NCBI GenBank assembly: GCA_013265495.1
Contig: MU057781.1
Coordinates: forward strand, 560,001 to 620,000
DNA from: Vicugna vicugna
Taxonomy: Eukaryota
Length of the DNA: 60,000 bases
Reading direction: 5' to 3'
How positions within the stretch are numbered: position 1 is the first letter of the stretch; the number at the start of each line of letters is the position of its first letter. Under the pieces are notes generated by a model. The model was not told the DNA's origin and ran no database searches. It worked only from the letters and a program-made list of their open reading frames with translations. Below, piece by piece: positions 22,301-34,867 of this stretch. The translations under genes were made by a program, and so were the position numbers.

Positions 22301-24666
22301 TCCCCGCAGCGAGCCCTGGGCATCTACGGCGAGGGCCTCGCACGCATTACTCTGTCCTGTATGTTCTCGCACTAAGTTTTGTCCTGTTGATGGTCTTTCA
22401 GGGTCCCTTGATGTCAGGTAAATGTCCCTGGGTGCCCCCCTTCTGTGGCGTGTTCTGCCAAGTTCGGGACATAACACCGTAGCGCAAGGAGATGGAGCCG
22501 TTAGCGCCAGCGGGACTCAGGGACTGCAGGGGAGCAGCCCTCTGCAGGCCCGGCAGGGTTTCCGCCCTCCTGCGCCTCCGGGACGCACCTCACTGGGCCG
22601 TGCCGGGGCTGAGCGGACAGACCGCGTGGACACAGCGAGCTGGCGGTCACTCCTCCCAGCCATCGCCTGTGTGTCCTTCTCGCCTCTCGTGGCCTCACAC
22701 ACGGCCATCTCTTCCTCTTCCCCGCACGGCAGGCATGTGGGGCCCGGGGCTGGGCCCTTGTGGCAGGGACAAGGGCAGCTGTGTCCTGTGTTTTCAGGCC
22801 CGTGAAAGGGGCGTTCGCTCCAGTTCCAGCCTAGGACAAGTGCCCGCCTCATTCAGCCAGCCTGAATGTGCCTTTTGTTCGCGGAGGCTTGGGGTGAAGC
22901 ACGCCGGTTAGCGTGGAGCACAGTGGTGCCGTGTTCGCAGCGTGTCCAGGGCCGCAGTGCAGGGAGGGGGGTGTGGCCTCCCAGCAGGAGGGAGGACCAC
23001 GCTCGGGCGCTCTGGGCTGGGTCGGCTCTTCGGAGCCCCTTGTGTAGTTACACGCCGCCCCATGCTGTTCTCACAGTGACTGTCCCGGGGTGCCTCAGGG
23101 CTGCTCCATGGTAAGTGTGCTTCGTTCTCCCGTTAGGATGCGATTTATACCAGCAACAGGCAGGTGGGCGTGGGCTGAGGTCAGACCTGGGCCTGCGCTG
23201 GTGCTGTGGGCTGGGAAGGTGTTCAGGTGCAGGGCTCTTTCCACCTGATGAAGGATTTGTTTAGCACTTACAGGTGGACGTGCAGACTGGGGGCCAGGGA
23301 GTTCGTTTCTGGTGTTGTGGTGGACGGGGCTCTGGAACCAGTTAACGTGTGCGGTCGTGTTACCTGCAGGACAGGGACTGGTGTGCCCCGAGAGCAGCCT
23401 CGGGAGAGCAGGGGGCTGTGCCTTCCAGGGGAGCTCCTTCCGGCTCGGGGTGACGCTCGGAGCCGCAGACTCACCAGGTGGAGCTGCCGAGGTCCCCACT
23501 ACATTCTCCACATGTGTTCCTTCTGCCACACAGGCTTTACACAGACGCACGTGTGGAAAGATTCATAAAATCAGCTACCTAAAGCCCCGGGGCGGGGACG
23601 CACAGGCTGTGGGAAAGGCACACTGGGAAGCGGAGCTTCGGCTCCGGATTCCGCAGACGGGCCCCCAAGCCAGCCCCAGAGGCGCTGTGGGGCCCACTGC
23701 TCTGGGCTCACAGGGCGGCATCCTGGTCCTCCCCGTGCTCGTCCCCCGCCCCCGGGCTCTTTGTGTATCAGCCGAACAGGGATGTCACTGGACCGGCTCG
23801 CACTACGTGGGGGCTGCTCGCTGTCCACGCTTCTGGATGACGAGTGTGTCCATCCAAGTCCAAACAGCTGTCCACACTGCCGACAGGAGGGACCTGGCTT
23901 CTGTCTCAGGTGCCTTTCAGCTGCACTGCAGGACGTTCTTAGGTTTTGCTGAACTCCCCAGCAGGCGGGAGGAGAGCCCATCTTCCCTAGCGAGCTTTCC
24001 TCTCGGAGCGTCTGGTGCTGCCAGAGCCCAGGGGACAGAGAGGTCAGCTTCCCCGCCGGGAGCAAGTGTGTGGGTCCTTTGCTGGCTGGCCCAGGGCCTA
24101 CCAGGAGCATCGACCCCCGGCCGTGGGAGTGCGTGTCCCCAGCCTTTGATGTGAGCCAAGACTGGCCATGAGTCGTATTCCTTCCTGGAGGGAGGCCGTT
24201 TTAGTGAGGATGAAGGTGTGAATGAGCAGCTTGTCCAAGTCAGGAGGGACCCTGAAAACACCAATGTCCACGTGAATGTAAGTAAAGACAGTGCCATACG
24301 TGACAACCACGGCCACAGGTGACAGGCAAGCTGTCCTGGGAAGGAGGGCCGGGGGCTGCGGCCCTCTGTGTCTGGCCCCACCCCGGGGCCAGGAGGGCAG
24401 CCCCTCAGGGTGTCTGACCTGCAGGATTGCACCAAAGCTGCCTGGTCTTCATTAAGCTGGAAGAGTGGCCTTAGGATGGACATGGCAGCCACAAGTTTGC
24501 TGCAGGACGGAGGTAGGTGGACAGTGGGATCGGGCCGCGGCCAGGTTCCCAGGCTTCACCACGGCCCATCCGCTTTCACTGCCATGCGGACCCACAGGCT
24601 CAGATTTCTGGGAGAAAGCTGACTTTACACTGAGGAGAGTCAGAGGGGACTGAAATAGAGCAGCTG
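19339..24666 (-). pseudogene. Dense cluster of exon relics of an unidentified multi-exon gene
   Basis: AG..GT-bounded blocks at 24666-24596, 24499-24419, 24251-24102, 24017-23712, 23606-23475, 23363-23272, 22454-21885, 21794-21696, 21552-21508, 21385-21239, 21137-21039, 20958-20805, 20529-~20099, 19858-19806 and 19410-19339. Phases mostly match. Example spliced translation: KLVAAMSILRPLFQLNEDQAALVQSCR|VPPDLDKLLIHTFILTKTASLQEGIRLMA. In-frame stops and frameshifts are present. Confidence 0.65.
20041..20061 (+). promoter_or_regulatory. RE1/NRSE (REST binding site)
   Basis: GGCAGCACCATGGACAGCACT has both half-sites (CAGCACC, GGACAG) exact with the canonical 2-nt spacer. Confidence 0.75.
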
Positions 24667-25234
24667 CTAAAAAGGAAATGGAATTGCTGGCAAGATGGCC
24701 AAGGAAGATAGCCACGCTGTCCTCCACCCGCTCCCTGGAACGCTGGATGGAAGGCATCGGAATTCTGCCTCCCTCATTTTACAGGGGAGGGCAGGTGGGA
24801 GAGAGAGAAAGGAAGGAGGAATCAATCAGGGAATGAGGGGAGAAAGCTGGCCCTGGAGCTGTGCACTGGGGCTGCTGCTGCTGGGTGGCGCTGCTGTCCC
24901 GGGCAGAGCCCTGCGTCTTCATGCCCGCCCGCGCGGGGACGGAAGAGGAGGCACACCTCTGCTGCGGGAACTGTGCCTCCGCCCCGGCGCGGCGCTCAGC
25001 CCCATCCCACGTGGCCCCACTAGCCCTGAGAGGTGACCGGGGACTTGGTGTGTCTCTGCTCCCTCTGGGTGGGGAGAGCATTTTAGGGAGATTCTTAAGA
25101 GCCAAGTCTGTGCCTCTCCCAAGTTTGAGGCAAACTCCCCACCCGGAGGGATGGAAAGACGGGTCCCAGACCGTGATCCCGGGGTGGAGGTGGGGTGGGG
25201 CAGAAGCAGACCCTGGCCCGCACGGAAGGACAGG

Positions 25235-26203
25235 GAGAAAACAGGGCGATTGTTCTAACAGATACAGTAAAAGCGTTTGATAAGTGGCAACACCCACTCA
25301 CATTTTTTTTTAAAGCGCACTTAGTGAGTTTAGACCACAGATCGATGCTTTACCCCAGCAGAGGGAATGCAGTCAGTGTAATGCTGGACCATTAGAAGGG
25401 TTTCTCTCTGAGAAAGAAAACAAGAGAGAGATGCTAATATAATAAGAGAGATTGCTTCTCCTCAGCAGCATGTGGGCGCACCAGAAATTAACACAACGCT
25501 GCAAACCGACTATACTTCAACACAAAAAATATCTGTAAGGAAAGAAAAGTGTATGAAAGTCCTGCTCCGCACAGGAACGCGGGAGAAGTCACGGGCAAGT
25601 GCAGACTGGGAAGGAAAGGGCAAAACCGCCCTTCTCCAGAGAGGGTAGAGAGGAACTAGTAGAACGTATGGAATTTACGAAGACTCAGTTAAAAAAGAAA
25701 AAGAGAAGAAGCCGAATCTGAAGAATAACAAGGTGGAGGAGATGGCCTGTGGGACCAAGATGGACAAGAGACCAGCGTGAGGAGCAGACGGCCTGGAGCC
25801 CCGTGGAAACGGGAGACGGTGCAGCCAGGCTGGCACCATCAGAGCAGCGGGAGGGGGCGTGCCTGCCCGGGGTCCCCACGGGAAGCCCCACCCCTGTTGA
25901 AATGACAATCTGTGAAATCTTCAGAAGGAAACTTGGGGTGATGTCTTTTTTCTTTTTAAACTTAGTCTTTGTCAATTTTTTTTTTAATCGGAGCGCAGTC
26001 AGTTACAATGTGTAGGATGGTGTCTTAGTGCACTAGGAAAACATTTAAGACGCCATAGAGCAGAGGCAAAGATGGCTAGGATGATTGCATCTCAAGTTTC
26101 TGCAGGACAGAAGACAGCCTGGAACTGGGAAAGACCAGCCAGGACATCACCAGCAAAGGATTAATACCCAGAACACACAATGGGCTCCTTCAAAGCAACC
26201 AAG
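25235..26203 (+). mobile_element. Highly degraded L1 ORF2 remnant, host of the ERV insertion
   Basis: Translation NRAIVLTDTVKAFDKWQHP resembles the L1 RT motif NHMIISIDAEKAFDKIQHP; aaaggattaatacccagaac near 26155. Confidence 0.65.
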
Positions 26204-26599
26204 TGTTAGCGAACATGAGTCGTGTGCCCGGCGCACAGTGAGGCCAAAAAATATCAAAACGTCGGAGTTTGGAGCAGAGCAAGGGGAACGGGTGGCTCGT
26301 GCCCCCAAAACCCTGAGCTTCCCAGAAGGCTTCAGCGGAGCCCAGGGTCTGCGGTCAGCTGTGCACAATTCTCTGACTGGCTGATGGCGCTCAGTCCTAG
26401 GTGCCAGAAGGTCTGGGGGCCGCGTGCTCATGGCCACCAAGTAGCTAATTTCTTCCACTTGGTGGTGGTTTTTAGCCTCTGAGAAACTCAGGAAACATGC
26501 GTGAAACACTGTTATCTGGGTCTTTCAGAGAGGGGCTACCGCAGAGGATCTGGGGAGGGTCTGTCCCGGGAAGGACCCATAGGGCCCTGCTCAGTTACA
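26204..26599 (-). mobile_element. 3' LTR of a class I (ERV1-like) endogenous retrovirus
   Basis: 396 bp bounded by TG...CA (minus strand TGTAACTGAG...GCTAACA), immediately preceded on the minus strand by the polypurine tract AGAGGAAAGGGGGGC (26602-26616). Confidence 0.8.
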
Positions 26600-28830
26600 A
26601 TGCCCCCCTTTCCTCTGATGCTGCTCAGTCTGGCGGAGAGCAGGTGACGGGCAAGGAGGGGTAGTATTTTGGACAGAGAGGGTCATCATAATCTTGGCAG
26701 AGGAGCTCGCCTTCACTCCCCAATCCCGTTTCATCCTTTCCCAAATCTTTCAAGGGTTGTGGTGACAACCACTCTGGCTACTTCCTGCTGAAATAAGGCA
26801 CAGCCCTGGCTTGGTTTGGGGGCTGGACACGGAGTTGGAAGTGCTCCCAAGTTTCAAGTTCTGGATCCAAGTCTTGTAGGATTACGATCTCGTCCCCTGA
26901 GAAGTCCAGGAGAATAAGCCGGAAAACCAGCCTGGACCTGGCACTTGGGGGGACCTGCAGCCAGGTGGCCAGTTGTCTGGTTTTACCTGAGGAGGTGTTA
27001 ACTTTTGATGGGTTAACATACACATAACAGGAGCTACTGGCCGCTTCACGTCTCCTTTTTTCTGCTAACGTCTGACCTAAAGCAATTGTATTGTCTGAAA
27101 ATTCAGTAGTTACAAGAGGAGACCTTGAGGTCATAGGGTTGCAGCTGCCACCTGCCGGCAGACGCTGCTTTGAGAAGGGCTGGTGGCGCCCTGAGTATGA
27201 CACAGCTCAGAAAATTCGCGCTCTCAACAGTACGGGAACGTGTGTGAAGCCACGCCCACCGTGGCCACCTGGTTTCCCATGGGTGTCCGAACCACAGCCA
27301 CTCCACTTCCACTTTCACATGCATCCCCTCCTCACGGCCAGAGCACATGCACAGTGCACGTCCCAAAGGCCATAGAACAGGCTGCTTTGGTCAGTAGAGT
27401 TCAAGTCAAACTATGCGTAAGCCAGAAGGGCTTCCCCACACCTCAGTATGCACAGATTTCCCCATCATTTCCCCTTTTGATTATAAAAAATTCAATAGGA
27501 AGCACTGATGCTCAAAATACCCGTCCCTCAGTGCTGCGGCGGCTGCGGCTGTGTCCCGGGGTTAGGGCCAGGCCTCCGTGGTGTTTGCCTTATCATCCAC
27601 CCAGGGGGAGCTAATCCAACGTCGTGAGCAGGCTCAGTGTGTTAGCGGGGGGCGCTCCGCAGGCAGCGCGGTTCATCACTTGCACCCGGGTGTCACACAG
27701 GCCTCGCTCGGGCGCTTTCAGCAGCAGGCGTGGCGGTTATCCTGTGGCAGCCCCACCGGGGAGCTCTCTTCCTGTGCTGCACGTCGGGGGCAGTGTTGAT
27801 GGGGAGACAAACACTTGGTCAACAGTTCAGTTAGAAAACCTATTAAAAGCCAGTCCTACTGCAGAGAACTGAAAAATGATAGCCGCATTCATCAGGTCAC
27901 TCAGTTCCGTAAGTCAGTCCCCCTCACCCACAGGTTCACGAAGGCAGAGTTTTCACTGGACTTCTTGACTCCCTTACCCAGCTAAACAGGATGATTTAAA
28001 AGAAACAAATTACGAATCTCTCCGAAGACAAAGCATCTGGGCCATGCGTGAGCCCAGCTGCCCGCGGCTGACAGAGACCCAAGCGGGCAGGACAGAGGCC
28101 CCGTGACAGTGTTTCTGACAAAGAAGCTTAACCTAGGTGTTGTGCACTCAGCGTTCTCAGATGACAACCAGGGCTACGACTGATCGCATGATGCCAGGAC
28201 ATACCTAAACCTCAGAAGCTCCGTGTCATTTCCAGGGTGTCCATACCAACAGTTACCCACGCTGCGCGAGCCGGGAGGCGTCCCTCGTCTGCCCACGCTT
28301 CCCCCCAGTGCAACACACCCACCGGCCCTAGTTCAGTATCTCCCCTGAGATGTCTCCGGGGCCCTCGGCAGCATCCCAAAGGTAGCTGATGTCAAAAGAA
28401 CTCTAATTAGAATTTGATAGGAAGTTTGTCAAAAATATCAGAAGTCACACAGTCTGTTACCAGAAGCCTCCTCAGAGAGGAGCCAGACCTAGTCCTGCAC
28501 CTGCCTGCTTTTAGTAACAGACCCACTTCCCTGACCTCAGCCCCGCCATGCACAGAACCCCCTTTTCAGGGCTCCCCTTCTACAAACCTTCTGTTTCCAC
28601 ATTATTTTTTCCCTTATTTTTTCCCATCTAGAAACGGCCAGCTCTAGGACCCAAATCACTTTTCTCTTCACAAAGTGCAATTCCATTCCTCATACTTTTT
28701 TTTTTTAACTCCAAACATGTCTCCTACCTTCCTACTGCATACTGAAACGTTCCCCCATTATTTTTAATAGCTTCAATTACGTATTTTTTCTTTTTGTAAT
28801 TACATATTTAGATAAGAATCCTCAATTCTT

Positions 28831-28988
28831 TTTAAAAAATGTTTCATTAAGTATTGTATTATTTTATTTTGGTGGGAGATGGGAAGCAACTAGGTGTATT
28901 TATTTTTAGAGGAGGTGCTGGGGGTTGAACCCAGGACCTAAGGCATGATAGGCATGTGCTCCACCACTTAAGCTACACCCTCCCCACG
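28831..28988 (-). mobile_element. Vic-1-like SINE inserted in the ERV
   Basis: 15-bp TSD ga(a/g)tcctcaattctt at 28816-28830 and 28989-29003. Confidence 0.88.
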
Positions 28989-29736
28989 GAGTCCTCAATT
29001 CTTAAAAACCTTAATTCCTAGTGAATGGTTCAGCATCTTATTTAGTTTGGGAACGCCCTGGCTATTCAGCTATTCAGTAAACTTCTGTCATTTAACTTAA
29101 TTTGGCACAACTGTAAAAATTCAAGTTACCAAACATCTGGAAAGACCATTTCCAAGTAGACATCCCTGAAACACGGGCATCTCTAGAGCAGTCACCCAGA
29201 AGCTCCCGTCCTGCCTGCATCTGATGCACTCACAGGAATCTCATCACACCAAGCGAACTTTCTCCTTGCTGCTGACAAACCACAACAGAAACAGCGTGAA
29301 CTTACCGACCAGTAAACCGGTGTGCAATGAAAGACACGTCTGTATTGATCGCGCCAACAAGCTTCAGCTGGCTTTACTATCAGGTATTATCTCAATATTG
29401 AATGCTTCCCAGGTCACGTGAACCTGAAGTTGGTTCTAACTTCTTTTATACTAGGAAGTATTTAATTTGTAATCACTTCCTTTTAGGTCAGTTAAATAGA
29501 GCTCATTTAGAAGTCAATTTTTTACGTAAAGACAGACAAAACCAGAGATCTCAGTTTTTCCACTTGAGTTTAAAAAGCCTCCTTTTTTCCCTTGAGAGTT
29601 CGGGCAGATCATCTGTATCTCAAAGGCCAATTCCTCCTCTAACTGCATTTATGACCCCAACTCTCTTGGCTATTGGCAGGGATTTTTTTTCCAGTTCCCA
29701 AATATCCATTTCAGTTTAAAGAAATAACAGTAATGG

Positions 29737-29886
29737 TTCTACTGGACAGCACAGGGAACTATATTCAATACCTTGTAATAGCTTATAATGAAAAAGATCA
29801 TGGAAAGGAATGTATGTGTGTAACTGAACCACTATGACGTACAGCAGAAACAGCATTATAAACTGAGTGTATTTCAATAAAAAAAC
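29737..29886 (+). mobile_element. Short 5'-truncated L1 inserted in the ERV
   Basis: L1 3' terminal ~150 bp with exact TSD aacagtaatgg at 29726-29736 and 29887-29897. Confidence 0.85.
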
Positions 29887-29988
29887 AACAGTAATGGGCA
29901 ATAATATATGTATCATTCGCTTACATTCACATGCCTCACTTGCAGCAAAACCAGGGAGACAAAGCAGGATTTGGACTCAGATACTGAG

Positions 29989-30122
29989 ACACACACACAC
30001 ACACACTCACACACATACACTCACACACACCCACACACACCAACGCAAACTCTCACACGCACTCACACACATCCCCACGCACTCTCACACACACACAATC
30101 TCACAAACGCACTCACACACAC
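29989..30122. repeat. Imperfect (CA)n microsatellite
   Basis: Seen directly. Confidence 0.9.
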
Positions 30123-30629
30123 CCCCGAGGTAAAAGCCAGAGCGCCTGCAGGAGGCCCTTTGTGATGTAACAGCAGAGCCGCCAGGGGCCACTGTTCTCC
30201 GGATCCCGGGGAGCACTGAGCCCACACACTTACAATAAATATCATTTTCTTTCATTTATGGGAACACAGCTGAAGTTCTCCCAGTTTTGCAAAATATGCC
30301 CTCTGGGAACTATGAGATAGAACAGAGCTCTGATCGTCCAACCAGTGTCATCAAATAGCAAGCAAACAGCAATTCAAAACGGTCTCTCAGGGTCACAGTT
30401 CTCTAGCCCCAAAGGGAGGACTCCCAGCCAAGGCCCTGTCGGTGCACAAGGCCAGAACCCGACCCGATGCCCCATCAGAGCTGGAGCTGAACGAATGGCC
30501 AAGGCTAGGAAGGGAGAACTCCAGCCAGCGCCCCTGGAAGCGGTGCAGCAGGGAGGGTGCCCTGTCTCGCAGTTTACAAGCCCCATCACTCACCCAAGGC
30601 GCCTCAGCCGGCCGACACAAGTCCTGAAG

Positions 30630-31197
30630 CACACATACATATGTTGCTTTTCACCGAAGGTTACTGCAGGGTACTGAATATAGTCCCCTGTGCTCTACAT
30701 AAGAAATTCTTAAACTTTATTTTTATATATAGTAGTTGATATTTGCAAATCTCGAACCCCCAAATTTATCGCTTCCCACCCCCTTTCCCCTGGCAACCAT
30801 AAGTTTGTTTACTGTGTCTTCGAGTCTGTTTCTGTTTTGTAGATGAGTTCATTAGTGTCGTCTGTTTTCTTTTTTTAGATTCCACATATGAGTGACATCA
30901 TGTGGTATTTTTCTTTCTCCTTCTGGCTTACTTCACTTAGAATGACGATCTCCAGGTCCATCCATGTTGCTGCAAATGGCGTTATGTTATACTTTTTATG
31001 GCTGAATAGTATTCCATTGTATAAATATAGCACGTCTTGTTTATCCAGTCATCTGTCGATGGACATTTGGGCTGTTTCCACGTCTTGGCTATTGTATATA
31101 GTGCTGCTGTGAACATTGGGGTGCAGGTGTCTTTTCGAATTTGAGTTCCCTCTGGATACGTGCCCAGGAGTGGGATTAGCTGGATCACATGGTGAGT
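30630..31197 (-). mobile_element. L1 3' region lacking its terminal segment
   Basis: ORF2 C-terminus IPLLGTYP...KDTCTPMFTAALYTIAKTWKQPKCPSTDDWINK...MEYYSAIK. Confidence 0.9.
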
Positions 31198-31599
31198 AAT
31201 AGGTGCTGTTTAAATAAACCAGCTTCTCTTGAAGTTTTGTGAATTGACTGGTTCTCAGTAATGCCCTCCACCATCTTCAGTCACTGTGGGGTCTTTGGAG
31301 GGCACACGGTCCCCATCTGAGTTCCGGGTGAGGACAGCGTGCAAGGGATATATTTGTTGCAGGGACAAAAAGCATAGGTTTGTGCATAGTTTCCAAGTGA
31401 AAGTAGATTTTTTTCTGATTCTAAAAATACTTACTCATCGTTAAAAAATATGCACAATTCCGAAAGCTAGAAAGCGGGAGGTTGGGTCACCCAAGAGCAC
31501 ACCCCGAGAGGGATAGCCACTTACACTTTGGTGCGTACACTTCCAGCCTCTTCTTTTCCTGTGGATGCAACACACACGTATATGTGCACACTTATTTTC

Positions 31600-33010
31600 T
31601 TCACATTTGTATTGTGTTAAAATACACATGACATTAAACTTACCATCTTACCCACTTTAAAGTGGACGGTTCAGTGGTATTAAGTACATTCATGCTGTTG
31701 TAGACCCGTCGCCACCGCCATCTGCACAGCTCTTTTCATCCCGCAGAACTAAAACTCCACACCTTTAAACAGTAACTCCCCACGCCCCTCCTCCCAGCCC
31801 TTGGAAACCTGTGGCACTTTGTTTCTGTCTCTGTGATTTTGCCTGCTTGAGGGTCCTCGTGTAGGTGGAATCGTGTGATGACTGTCTTTTTGTGTTTGGA
31901 TTATCTCACTGAGAACAATGTCCTCCGGGCTCACCTATGCTGGGGTGTGATGCAGAACTTCCTTCCTCTTATTTAAGGTGGACTAGTATTTAAGGTGGAC
32001 TAGTATTTGACGGTGGGTATAGATCACATTTCTTATCCTCCTGTCCGTCTGTGGGCACTTGGGTTGCTTCCATCCTTTAGTTGTTGTGAATCACGCTGCT
32101 GTGAACACACATACACGAATCTCTCTTTGGGACCCTGCTTTCGATTCTGTTGGGTATATACCCAGAAGTTGAACTGCTGGATCACATGGTAATTCTAGTT
32201 TTAATTTTTTGAGGAGCCGCCATGCTGTTTTCCAGTGGCTGGACCGCTGTACGTTCCTGCCGAGAGTGCAGAAGGGTCCAGTTTCTCCACATCCTTGTCA
32301 ACACTTGTTGTTTTCTGGTTTGCTTTTTTTTATAGTAGTTATCCTAATGGATGTGGGCTGTATCTTATTGGTTTTGATTTACATCTCCCAGGTAATCAGT
32401 GATGTTGAGCATCTTTTCATGTTCTTGTTGGCTGTTGTCTGTCCTCTTTGGAGAAGTGTCTATGCAACTCCTTTGCCCATTTTAAAATTTGGGTTTTTCT
32501 TGTTGAGTTTTAGGAGCTCTCTACATATTATAGATAATAATCAGATGTATGATTTGCAAATATGTTCTCCCATTCTGTGAAGTGCCTTTTTACTCTGTGA
32601 ATAGTGTCTTTGATGCACAAAATTTTAAAAATTTTCCTGAAGTCCAGTTTGCCTATTTTTTCTTTTGTTACCTGTGCCTTTGGTGTCAAATCCAAGAAAC
32701 CATTTCAAGTCAAATGTCATGAATCTTTTGTCCTGAGTTTTCTTCTAAAAGTTTCTGTTGTTTTAAGTCTTACATTTAGGTCTTTGATCCGTTTCGGGTG
32801 AATTTTTGTATGTGGCGTTCGGCCAGGGTCCAGCTTCATTCTGTGGCATGTGCATGTCCGGTTTTCCCAGCGCTGTTTATCGAAAGGACTATCCTTTCTC
32901 TATTGAATGGTCTTGGCGCCCTTGTCAAAAGTGATGTCACATGTATGTGAGGGTTTATTTCTGGGCTCTCTGTTCTGTTCCGTTGGTCTATGTGTCTGTC
33001 TTTAATGCAC
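31600..33010 (-). mobile_element. L1MB-like 3' region
   Basis: Typical L1MB 3' UTR and ORF2 end; 17-bp tandem duplication tatttaaggtggactag at ~31970-32005. Confidence 0.85.
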
Positions 33011-34867
33011 TTTTTATTTTTAAAAGTAGAAGTGCGATCCTACTATGCCCACATTTTGCAGCTGGCTTTTAAGACACTTCACAGCATGTAGTTTGCACGT
33101 CTCCGCGTCAGTGAGGGAAGGCTCGCCAAGTGCCGTGGCGCAGTGGTGCTCGGGTGCGGGTGCACCCCTCCTTTATGCAGATCATTTGTGGTTGGACATT
33201 TAGGATGCTCCCCACGTTCACTGGTGTGTTCTGGGTGACAGTGACCTGATCGTCCTTGAATGAGTTAAAGTCCTGAGAGCTGTGCCGGGCACAGGGAACG
33301 CGCTGTAAACGTATCTGTTAAAGAACATCTGTACAAACACCATGATGTGTGTTTCCCCAGGACGCAGGTTTGGCATTCACATTTCTGGGTTCAGAAGGTC
33401 ACCCCCTGCCGCCTGCCTCTCACCTGGACAGGAGCCACCCTGACATGGGGCCGAGCCTGCAGCTGGAACAGGCCCCACAGAGTGGGAGCCCCGAGTCGCG
33501 CCCCTTGGCATGGTGGGGCGGTTTGGATCTCGGTCTCCAGAGCCACGCCTCCTTCCCCGACTCCGGGGTGGGTCCAGGCGCCGCCCTGCCAGCTGGGTGA
33601 CTGTGAGCAGACTCCCTGTCCTCCTGCCCCGCAGTTTCCTCGCCTGGACGCTGTGCAGCCGCGGTGCGTCCTGGGCAGGCGGGGCCCTGAGGGCTGGGCC
33701 ATCTGTGCCCTGGGCTGGTTTCCTTGATGCAGTCAGAGGCTGGGCTCTGAGTGCCTCCAGCGTGGACACCACGGGCCTGCCTTTGCCAAGGAGCCAGCCC
33801 TGGGCTCCCTGGAGGGCCGCTCCGGACCAGCTGGATGTGCGGAGGGCTCTCCTGTGCCGGCCGGCTGCACGGGCGGCGCTGCCTCACTTGGCTCGTTTCT
33901 GCTTCCACTCCTCAGAGTTCAGTGGATGCTAATCACTGCTGTCACCTCTCCACTGAAATAAAGATGCCCTTGGAGTGGAAGCCCATTCACATCATGGCGT
34001 CACAACTGCACGGAGTCCAGAGCGGATTCTCTGAGGGAAAGAGGACCAGGAGCTGTCCTGCGACACGGGACACTGGGGAGAGCCTTGTGGCCGGAGTCCT
34101 CCAACATCGCTGTCCTCCACTTGCCTCTTCACGGGAGGATGTGGCCAGACCAACCCAAGTCCAGGATCCCTCCTCCTGTGACAGAGGAGAGCGGCTTTCC
34201 TGACCCAGCTGCATGGCTGTGCCTCCGCCAGCAGGCAGAGCACCTGCATCCTTCCCCCCGCAGTCATCCATCCGTGCAGCCTCCGGGCTGAGCATGGCGC
34301 CCGGTGCTCCAGAGAACGCCTGCCCGCCTGGGTGTAGCCCTTACACGCTGGCTCCGAGAGCTTAGCGATCAGGCCACCGGCATCTGCTTAGAGACGGCCG
34401 GGGAGATGGTCCCTCCCCCTGGATGCAGTCACCGCGTGGTAAATTCCATCTGAAAGAGAACTGAGCGCTTTGCTGAGTCACAGAGCTCTGGGAGCCGACT
34501 GCACAAGCCGGGCTGGGTCTTGGGCGAGCGGAGACAGCTTGGCCGGGCCAGAGGATCGCGGGTGAGAGGAGCAGGGCTGGGCGGCCCTGCGGGCCTAGGT
34601 GCGTCTGTTCTGACTGCGGCAGAGGCTTGGCCGCCCTCGGGCTGGGCGGAGGGCTCCCCGCACAGGTTTATCCCGTGTGAACTGGCGTCTGTGTTTCGTG
34701 TGCACACGTATGGAGCTGGAAGGCTCACGGTGGGGGAAACATGTCCTCTCCAGTGTGCAAAGGATCTCACACAGGAAGGAGCTCCATCTGCCCCTTTTGC
34801 GTTCATGCTCCTGTGTGCGTTTGCGGGCGGGTGGGGCCTGCTTGGCTCAGGGCTCCTCCACTGACAC

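Larger units (their letters stand above)
26600..30630 (-). mobile_element. Decayed ERV1 internal region (env TM and gag matrix remnants)
   Basis: 27095-26952 translates DNTIALGQTLAEKRRREAASSSCYVYVNPS...RQLATWLQV, a degenerate immunosuppressive domain/CX6CC region. ~30307-30165 translates PRGHILQNWENF...(frameshift)MIF..VWAQ....GEQWPL, resembling gamma-type gag MA. No 5' LTR seen. Confidence 0.75.

Noticed and set aside
22798..24283. Plus-strand GTAAGT donors at 23111 and 24278 as JAKMIP3 cassette exons
   Set aside because: Isolated sites with no coherent frame or exon chain; expected by chance.
26778..27203. Functional (syncytin-like) env ORF
   Set aside because: Only 141 codons; immunosuppressive and CX6CC motifs are degenerate; no signal peptide or intact TM anchor.
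34471..34481. ARE/NRF2 motif TGCTGAGTCAC (also GCTGAGTCAGC at ~15992)
   Set aside because: Short motifs with no supporting context; chance occurrence is plausible in 60 kb.
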